Positions 57,971-64,000 of a stretch of 64,000 nt of DNA are shown piece by piece. Origin of the DNA: Nannocystis bainbridge (GTDB lineage Bacteria; Myxococcota_A; Polyangia; Nannocystales; Nannocystaceae); NCBI RefSeq assembly GCF_028368995.1, contig NZ_JAQNDL010000003.1, forward strand, positions 1,664,001 through 1,728,000. The letters are read 5' to 3'. The translations under genes were made by a program, and so were the position numbers. Within the stretch, counting starts at the first letter, position 1, and the number at the start of each line of letters is the position of its first letter. The notes under the pieces are model-generated. The model searched no databases. It saw only the letters and a list, made by a program, of their open reading frames with translations, and was not told the DNA's origin.

Positions 57971-59020
57971 TCAGCGCAGCAGCAGTTCGGCCCGCAGCTC
58001 GCGGGACGCCAGCGTCGCCTGGTGCAGCGCCCACTGGCCCTTCGCGCGGTGCAGGTGATGTTCGCCCGCCGCCGGGAAGCGCTGGGGGTCCCAGCCGAAA
58101 TAGCGCTCGTTCAGCGCGTCGGCGGCGAACCTGGCCGTCAGCTCGAGCGCGATCCACTCGACCCCGTGGACCAGGTTGCGGCGCTCCACTGGCGCGAGCG
58201 GGAACGTCAGCGCCTCCAGCCAGCCGGCCAGCGCCGCCGCGAAGATCTCCGCGTCGAAGCTCGGTGAGCCGCGCTCCTCTCCCGCCGGGTTACACCACGA
58301 GCGCCACGCGTCGCCGAGCTCGTGGTGCAGCGGCATCGGGGCCACCGAGTCGAGGTCGATCAGGCAATGCGCCTGTCCTTCGGGACCTGTCCCATCGAAC
58401 AGCAGATTGTTGAACTTCAGGTCGCCGTGGCCGACCCGCAGCGGCGCCGGGGCCAGCGGCGGCAGCGTCTCGACCGCCGCGAACACCGCTCGCGCCAATG
58501 GTTCGACCTCCGCGAACAGCCGGTGCTCGCGGTGCTGCGCCACCGCCTCGGCCAGCGTGCGCAGGTGGGCCGGCGTGTCGTGGAGCGTGCGGCGGACCGC
58601 GAACGGGTGCTCGAGGTCGGCCAGGGTCGCGTGGAACCTGCCGACCAGCGCCCCGGCCGAGCGCGCCTGCGCCGGGCTCGTCACCGCCTCGAAGCTCACC
58701 CCGGCGATCCGCGTCATCGCCCGCCAGATCCCGCGCTCGCCGAGGTCCGCCCAGCGCTCGCCGCTCGCGGTCGCCAGCAGGCGCGGGCTGACCTCGCCGC
58801 GGCGGCGCAGGTGCTCCGTCACCGCGGCGATGTTGTCGTGGATCTGCGGGGCGAAGATCGGGTGCAGGCGCTGCAGCACGAACGCGCCGGCGGGGGCCTG
58901 CACCGCGAAGGTCGCGTTGATGAGCCCGCCGGTCAGCGGGCTGACCGCGCCGCCGGCGAGCTCGGGGAACCGCGCGAGCGCCTCGGCGATCGCGGCGGCG
59001 TCGGGGGGCGGCCGGCTCAT
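57971..59020 (-). CDS. Aminoglycoside phosphotransferase-fold kinase
   Basis: GGLINATF, HGDLKFNNLLF, LIDLD, ELGDAWRSWCN. Confidence 0.88.
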   Translation of the reverse strand: MSRPPPDAAAIAEALARFPELAGGAVSPLTGGLINATFAVQAPAGAFVLQRLHPIFAPQIHDNIAAVTEHLRRRGEVSPRLLATASGERWADLGERGIWRAMTRIAGVSFEAVTSPAQARSAGALVGRFHATLADLEHPFAVRRTLHDTPAHLRTLAEAVAQHREHRLFAEVEPLARAVFAAVETLPPLAPAPLRVGHGDLKFNNLLFDGTGPEGQAHCLIDLDSVAPMPLHHELGDAWRSWCNPAGEERGSPSFDAEIFAAALAGWLEALTFPLAPVERRNLVHGVEWIALELTARFAADALNERYFGWDPQRFPAAGEHHLHRAKGQWALHQATLASRELRAELLLR

Positions 59021-60750
59021 TTGAGGTACTTGTTCATGACCCGGCGCAGGCGCGGCAGCATCAGCACGATCATCAGCGACGCGAGCAGGGCCCCGCCGAA
59101 GTTGATCAGGAACACCGCCGACTTGTGCTCGAACAGGGTGAACAGGCCCGAGAGGATGCCGGACAGCTTGTTGCCGATCGACGTCGAGAGGAACCAGCCG
59201 CCCATCATCAGCGCGGTGAGGCGGGCCGGGCTGAGCTTCGACACCAGCGACAGGCCCATCGGCGACAGGCACAGCTCGCCGATGGTGATCACCCCGTAGG
59301 TGCCGATGAGCCACAGGGCCGTGCCCTTGTCGGCGCCGTTGTGGGTGTAGAAGGTCGCGGCGACCATCACGAGGGTCGAGAGCGCGGTGATCGCCAGGCC
59401 GAGGGCGATCTTGCCCGGCGTCGACGGCTCCTTGTTCTTGCGCCGCATCCACGCGAAGAAGCCGACCACGAACGGGGTCAGGACCACGACGAAGAACGCG
59501 TTGACCGACTGGAACAGCTCGGTCGACACCAGCTTGGTCTGGGCCGCCTTGCAGCTCGCCTCGGTCTCGGGCGTGAGCACCTCGGTCTTGCAGGCGGGGC
59601 TCGGCGGCGGCGGCCACTCGCTCTTCGGCACGTTGTTGAAGTACGGGTCGGGGCCGAGCTCCTTGGCCGGCTTGCCGTCGGGCCCGAGCACGGGGGTGCC
59701 GTGGTCGTCGACGATGGTGACCTCGCGCAGGCTGGTGTCGACGCGCTGGACCCCGCCGACGCCCTCGAGCAGCGGCGCTGCGACTTCGGGGATCTCGCGC
59801 CGGGTGTAGCGGTCGGCCCAGGTGGTGAGGGCGTCGCCGTTCTGGTGGAAGATGGCCCAGAACGCGATCACGGCGGCGAACAGCGGCAGCAGGGCGCCGA
59901 TGCGCTCCTTGTCCTCGCCGTCGGAGCCCTTCCAGAGCTTGTAGTAGAACCAGGTCACCGGCAGGCAGGCGAACAGGAACGCGTCGTTCGACTTGGAGCC
60001 GAACACGGTCCAGCCGTCGCCGCCGAGCAGCGTGGGCACGAACCACCCGAGCGCGGCGAACACCGCCGCCGGCCCGAACACCGCCGCGAGGATCTGCCCG
60101 ACCGGCTGGTCGCCCGGCTTGGTCGGCTTCAGCACGTCGGCCTCGGCCGTGTGCTTCATGCCGGTGAGGAACCAGCCGACGCCGAAGAACATGCCGATGC
60201 CCGCCGCCAAGAAGGCATAGCCCCAGCCGTAGGTGTTGCGCAGGTACGCGGCGACGAAGTTGCAGATGAAGGCACCGATGTTGATGCCCATGTAAAAGAT
60301 GTTGAAGCCGGCGTCCTTGTGCTCTTTGTACTGCTCGTTGTTGTAAAGGTTGCCGACCAGCGTCGAGATGTTGGGCTTGAAGAAGCCGTTGCCGATGATG
60401 ATCAGCAGCAGCGACAGGAAGAACCACGGACCGTAGCCCGGGATCGCCAGGCCCGAATAACCGAGGCCCATCAGCACGCCGCCGATCACGATGGCGCGGC
60501 GATAACCGAGGACCCGGTCGGCCAGCAGACCGCCGATGAACGGGGTCAGATACACCAGCGCGATGTAGGTGCCGTAGATGTCGCTGGCCTGCTGCGGCGC
60601 CAGCCCCAGCCCCGACTTCGCCGGCATCGCCGCGTCCGCACCCGCCTTCATGTACAGGGTGAAGATCCCGAGCATGAGGTAAAAGCCGAAGCGCTCCCAC
60701 ATCTCGGTGAAGAACAGGACCGGCAGGCCGCGCGGGTGGTTCTTGAACAT
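59017..60750 (-). CDS. POT/PTR family proton-coupled peptide transporter
   Basis: EMWERFGFY (ExxER), GNGFFKPNIS, FYMGINIGA, GELCLSPMGLS. Confidence 0.95.
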   Translation of the reverse strand: MFKNHPRGLPVLFFTEMWERFGFYLMLGIFTLYMKAGADAAMPAKSGLGLAPQQASDIYGTYIALVYLTPFIGGLLADRVLGYRRAIVIGGVLMGLGYSGLAIPGYGPWFFLSLLLIIIGNGFFKPNISTLVGNLYNNEQYKEHKDAGFNIFYMGINIGAFICNFVAAYLRNTYGWGYAFLAAGIGMFFGVGWFLTGMKHTAEADVLKPTKPGDQPVGQILAAVFGPAAVFAALGWFVPTLLGGDGWTVFGSKSNDAFLFACLPVTWFYYKLWKGSDGEDKERIGALLPLFAAVIAFWAIFHQNGDALTTWADRYTRREIPEVAAPLLEGVGGVQRVDTSLREVTIVDDHGTPVLGPDGKPAKELGPDPYFNNVPKSEWPPPPSPACKTEVLTPETEASCKAAQTKLVSTELFQSVNAFFVVVLTPFVVGFFAWMRRKNKEPSTPGKIALGLAITALSTLVMVAATFYTHNGADKGTALWLIGTYGVITIGELCLSPMGLSLVSKLSPARLTALMMGGWFLSTSIGNKLSGILSGLFTLFEHKSAVFLINFGGALLASLMIVLMLPRLRRVMNKYLK

Positions 60751-61196
60751 CGGGCCCAACGATAGGGCCCGACAAGCCCGCGCGACAAGTGCGAATCCAG
60801 GGCCCGGTGGCCGGACCGCGGCGCGCCCGCAGCGGCCTCGCCGCAATCTCGCCGCCCGACCTGCACAGCGCCGCCCGCAGCGCCCGCGCCGACTCACGCC
60901 GACTCAGACCGAACAGCCGTGCGAAGGCCGGTCCGCCCGCACCACGCCCGCAGCCTGCGAACGTGCATGCACCGTCACCCTCACGAATGATTCGGCCAGC
61001 GGCGAATCACCGCGCACGGCCGAGTACGATGCGATCCCGGCAGGACGGTGGTTCCTTGTCGAGGACAAGCCATCGGCCGCGCTCCACCGATCTCGATCGG
61101 CACGGACTCGCCGCCTCGGGGCCGCGTCGGTTCATCGCAGCGGCGTCCTCTCGCTACACCTCGCCGGCCCGCGCTCACGCCGCGAACGGCCGCGCC

Positions 61197-61970
61197 TCAC
61201 TTCTGCGGCCCGAGCCGGGCCTCGAGCGCACGGATCCGGGCCAGCACGTCGGCGTGCTCGGACGACTTGGCCCAGCCCGGCTGGAGCGACGCCATCTGCT
61301 CGTCGTACTGGCGGTACATCACCCGCGCGCGCCGCAGCCGCTCCGGGTCGGGCGTCACCTCGTAGCTGCGCTCGTAGACCACCGCGAGGTTGAAGATCAC
61401 CGCCCCGAGCACCTCCGGCGCGGCCGGGTCGTTGCTGCTGCGGATCAGCTCGTAGGCCGCGCGGAACTTGGCGATCGCCACGTCGAAGTCGGTCAGCTCG
61501 TAGGCCTTCTGGCCCTCGTCGTAGAGCTTGCGGGCCTTCGCCATCGGGTCACCCGGGCCGGGCGTGACCGTCGTCGGCGGCGGCAGCGGACCGCCGAGCT
61601 GCGGGTCCGGCGGCGCCGCGCCCGGGTCCGGCGGCGTCGGGGCCGGCGGCGGGCTCGGAGCCATGCCGACCACGCGGGCCCCGACCACCTGCCCCGGCTC
61701 GCCGTCGCGGCGCAGGGTGATCTTCGAGTCGCGGTCGATATAGACCTGCGCGGCGACCTGCTTGCCGTCGGGCCACCGCGCCAGCAGCGTCGCCGGCTCG
61801 TCGCCGCCCGACACCGACCAGCGCTGCTCGCGGCTGGTGTTGCCGTCGAGCGTGACCTCGGCCCCGGTCGGGTCGGTGTCGACGCGGACCACGTAGCGCG
61901 CGCAGCCCAGCGTCGCCACCAGCGTGAGGCACCCGAGGGTCGAGGCGATCGCAGAGCGTGGGCCTGGCAT
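61197..61970 (-). CDS. PEGA-like plus TPR lipoprotein
   Basis: Lipobox TLGC, VDTDPTGAEVTLDG, ARKLYDEGQKAYE...AIAKFRAAY. Confidence 0.78.
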   Translation of the reverse strand: MPGPRSAIASTLGCLTLVATLGCARYVVRVDTDPTGAEVTLDGNTSREQRWSVSGGDEPATLLARWPDGKQVAAQVYIDRDSKITLRRDGEPGQVVGARVVGMAPSPPPAPTPPDPGAAPPDPQLGGPLPPPTTVTPGPGDPMAKARKLYDEGQKAYELTDFDVAIAKFRAAYELIRSSNDPAAPEVLGAVIFNLAVVYERSYEVTPDPERLRRARVMYRQYDEQMASLQPGWAKSSEHADVLARIRALEARLGPQK

Positions 61971-62000
61971 GCGCGAGGTCAGGATACACTCCCGCGGGCG

Positions 62001-62741
62001 ATGGAGAAACCCGGCCCGTGGCCGCCCCGGCCCCAGCTCGACGCCCTGCACGCGCGCTACGTGGTCGAAGTCGTCGAGGAGCTCAGCCTGTGCCCGTTCG
62101 CTCGCAAGTGCCGCGAGCTCGGGCGCCTGCACCGGCCCATCTTCCCGGCCCCGCCGAGCCCGCACGAGGCCGCGCAGGGGCTCGCCGAAGTCGTCAGCGC
62201 GCACCCCGACGCCGAGGTCGTGCTGCTCACCTTCATCACCCGCGGCGCCCTGCCCGGCACCCCGCCGGCCCCGACCCAGGCCGAGCGGGCGTTCGCCGAC
62301 ACCGAGCTTTTTGAGGAATTCGTCCGCGAGGTCCGCGACGCCTACGCCGGCCTCCCGCGCGCCCCCGCGCGCTTCTACATGGTCGCGTTCCACCCGGCCT
62401 ACACGCGCGTCGACACCCGCCGCCCGCTGACCGCGGACTCGCTGGTCCCGCTGCTGCGACGCACCCCCGATCCGCTGATCCAGTGCATCCGCGCCGACCT
62501 GCTCGACCAGATCCGCCGCCAGGCCCAGGCCGCCGCCGAGGTCCGCTTCCGCGAGGAGATGGCCCGCCTCGGCCCCGAGTTCCTGATCCTTGCCGACCGC
62601 GCGATCAAGGCCGACCCAGAGCTCAGCCAGGACATCGCCCGCCACAACTTCGCCAGCGTCGGCGCCGGCCCCGGTCGCGAGCAGCTCGAGGCGACCATCG
62701 CCGACATCCTCGCCCAGCGCCGCGCCCTCGAGCTCGCCTGA
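62001..62741 (+). CDS. DUF1415-like protein
   Basis: VVEELSLCPFA, YMVAFHP, LRRTPDPLIQCIR. Confidence 0.7.
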   Translation: MEKPGPWPPRPQLDALHARYVVEVVEELSLCPFARKCRELGRLHRPIFPAPPSPHEAAQGLAEVVSAHPDAEVVLLTFITRGALPGTPPAPTQAERAFADTELFEEFVREVRDAYAGLPRAPARFYMVAFHPAYTRVDTRRPLTADSLVPLLRRTPDPLIQCIRADLLDQIRRQAQAAAEVRFREEMARLGPEFLILADRAIKADPELSQDIARHNFASVGAGPGREQLEATIADILAQRRALELA

Positions 62742-62748
62742 TCGTTCG

Positions 62749-62812
62749 GACATGCCCTCTCAGACATGCGCTGAAAGGCATGCCCGATCGGACATGCCTG
62801 ATTAGACATGGT
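62749..62812. repeat. 14-bp-period palindromic array
   Basis: CATG at 62751, 62765, 62779, 62793, 62807. Confidence 0.9.
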
Positions 62813-63018
62813 CAAACAATCATATCATCCGCCTGACGCCTCGTTCCGATCCAGAGGCCTCGCCGCCTCACACTCGGCCCGTACGACGCTCTCCTCGCGC
62901 GGCGGGACGGCCGGGTCACGGCCGCGGCAGCCGACCTGACGGCTCGCCGCCCGATCCACGCCCCGCTCGTCCGCAACGACTTCTCCGTGATTATCTCGCC
63001 CGTGGTAGCCTGCGCGGC

Positions 63019-63432
63019 ATGTTGTCCAGCGAGCTCGTCGCCGCGGTCGAGGGTGGTGACATCGAGGCCATCGAGCAGGCCCTGCGCGCCGAGCCGGGCC
63101 TCATCGCCGCCCGCACCGGCGACGAAGACACCCTGCTGCACCTCGCTTGCTGGCAGAAGCAGACCGCGATCGCGGCCTTGCTGCTGGCCCGCGGGGCCGA
63201 CCCCAACGCGCGCGGCTGCTACGGCCGCACGGCCCTCCACTACGCGGTGCACGACGGACGCGCGGTGAGCGTCGAGCTGGTCCGCTCGCTGCTCGCTCGC
63301 GGCGCCGACCCCTGGATCGCCGAGAACAACGGCTTCACCGCCGAGGCTTGGGCGCGCCAGGAGATGTGGGACGAGCCGCTCGCCGCCGTGCTGCAGATGT
63401 TCGCCGCCTCGCGCAGCCGCGCGCCCGGGTGA
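63019..63432 (+). CDS. Ankyrin-repeat protein
   Basis: DTLLHLAC, LLARGADPN, GRTALHYA. Confidence 0.92.
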   Translation: MLSSELVAAVEGGDIEAIEQALRAEPGLIAARTGDEDTLLHLACWQKQTAIAALLLARGADPNARGCYGRTALHYAVHDGRAVSVELVRSLLARGADPWIAENNGFTAEAWARQEMWDEPLAAVLQMFAASRSRAPG

Positions 63433-63604
63433 TCCGACCCCGCTGGCGAGCTCGGCGGTGACGACGTTCCTGGCGAGCTCGACTGTTTCGCCTCTCGCTG
63501 AACGCTGATTGTGCGCACGTTCGCCGCGGCGCCCGCCTCTCCATCGCATCCTCGGGCCGCGCCGGGTTCACCTCGCGCGGCCGGGCGGGCTATCCTCCGC
63601 GTGC

Positions 63605-64000
63605 ATGTCCGAACGCCACGTGCAGTGCAGCACCTGCGGGGTGCTCCGGCCCGAGAGCGAATCGCACAACGTCCCGACCCTCGACGCTGCCTCGGGTCAT
63701 TACGTCGACGGCTACTACTGCAGCGAGCACGCCGGCCCGGCCCTCGCCGGCACCCGGGCCCACGTCGCCGCGCTCGACCTCGAGGACGACGCGCGCGACG
63801 ACATGACGCCGCTCCTCACCCTCGACGCGCTCGTGCGCGCGCGCGGGCTGGCCAGCGAGGCGATCGATCCGCCCGCGACCGGCGACGGCATGGAGCGCGT
63901 GCGCAACGAAGCCCTCGCGCTGCTCGACCTGCTGGTCCACACGCGCCTGCCGATCGTCGAGCCCTCGGCCCTTTGCTCGGGCTGCTACCGCACGGTCCCG
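63605..64000 (+). CDS. Hypothetical protein with CxxC motifs (runs off window end)
   Basis: Manual translation MSERHVQCSTCGV...YYCSEH...LCSGCYRTVP, open to the window end. Confidence 0.55.
   Translation, partial: MSERHVQCSTCGVLRPESESHNVPTLDAASGHYVDGYYCSEHAGPALAGTRAHVAALDLEDDARDDMTPLLTLDALVRARGLASEAIDPPATGDGMERVRNEALALLDLLVHTRLPIVEPSALCSGCYRTVP

Noticed and set aside
671-62753. Many long antisense or alternative-frame ORFs (e.g. 671..2899, 18627..20936, 38094..40511, 52631..55435, 53137..56235)
   Set aside because: Expected shadow ORFs in very high-GC DNA; they overlap well-supported genes and lack motifs.

Overview
Very GC-rich, gene-dense bacterial chromosome segment with a myxobacterial (Nannocystis-like) signature: many Thr-rich Cys lipoproteins, MYXO-CTERM proteins, a Ser/Thr kinase-like protein and orphan vgrG-PAAR. 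It carries housekeeping genes (fusA, tkt, ahcY, mtnB, mtnD, coaD, SulP plus beta-carbonic anhydrase), a btaA/btaB betaine-lipid pair, an octaheme cytochrome c, a Wzc-like kinase, GH114, an AbiE toxin-antitoxin pair, a lower-GC islet with a G8-tract frameshifted lipoprotein, and an apparently complete group II intron. The intron sits in codon 4 of a secreted beta-helix lipoprotein gene; splicing restores the signal peptide, and the intron's 3' end also supplies an in-frame ATG. The most striking unexplained signal is a dispersed 14-bp palindromic unit (about TGTCC-N4-GGACA) in head-to-tail arrays with an exact 14-bp period, seen at more than 20 loci, both intergenic and inside CDSs. Start codons were chosen by eye, and family calls come from motif recognition rather than database searches.
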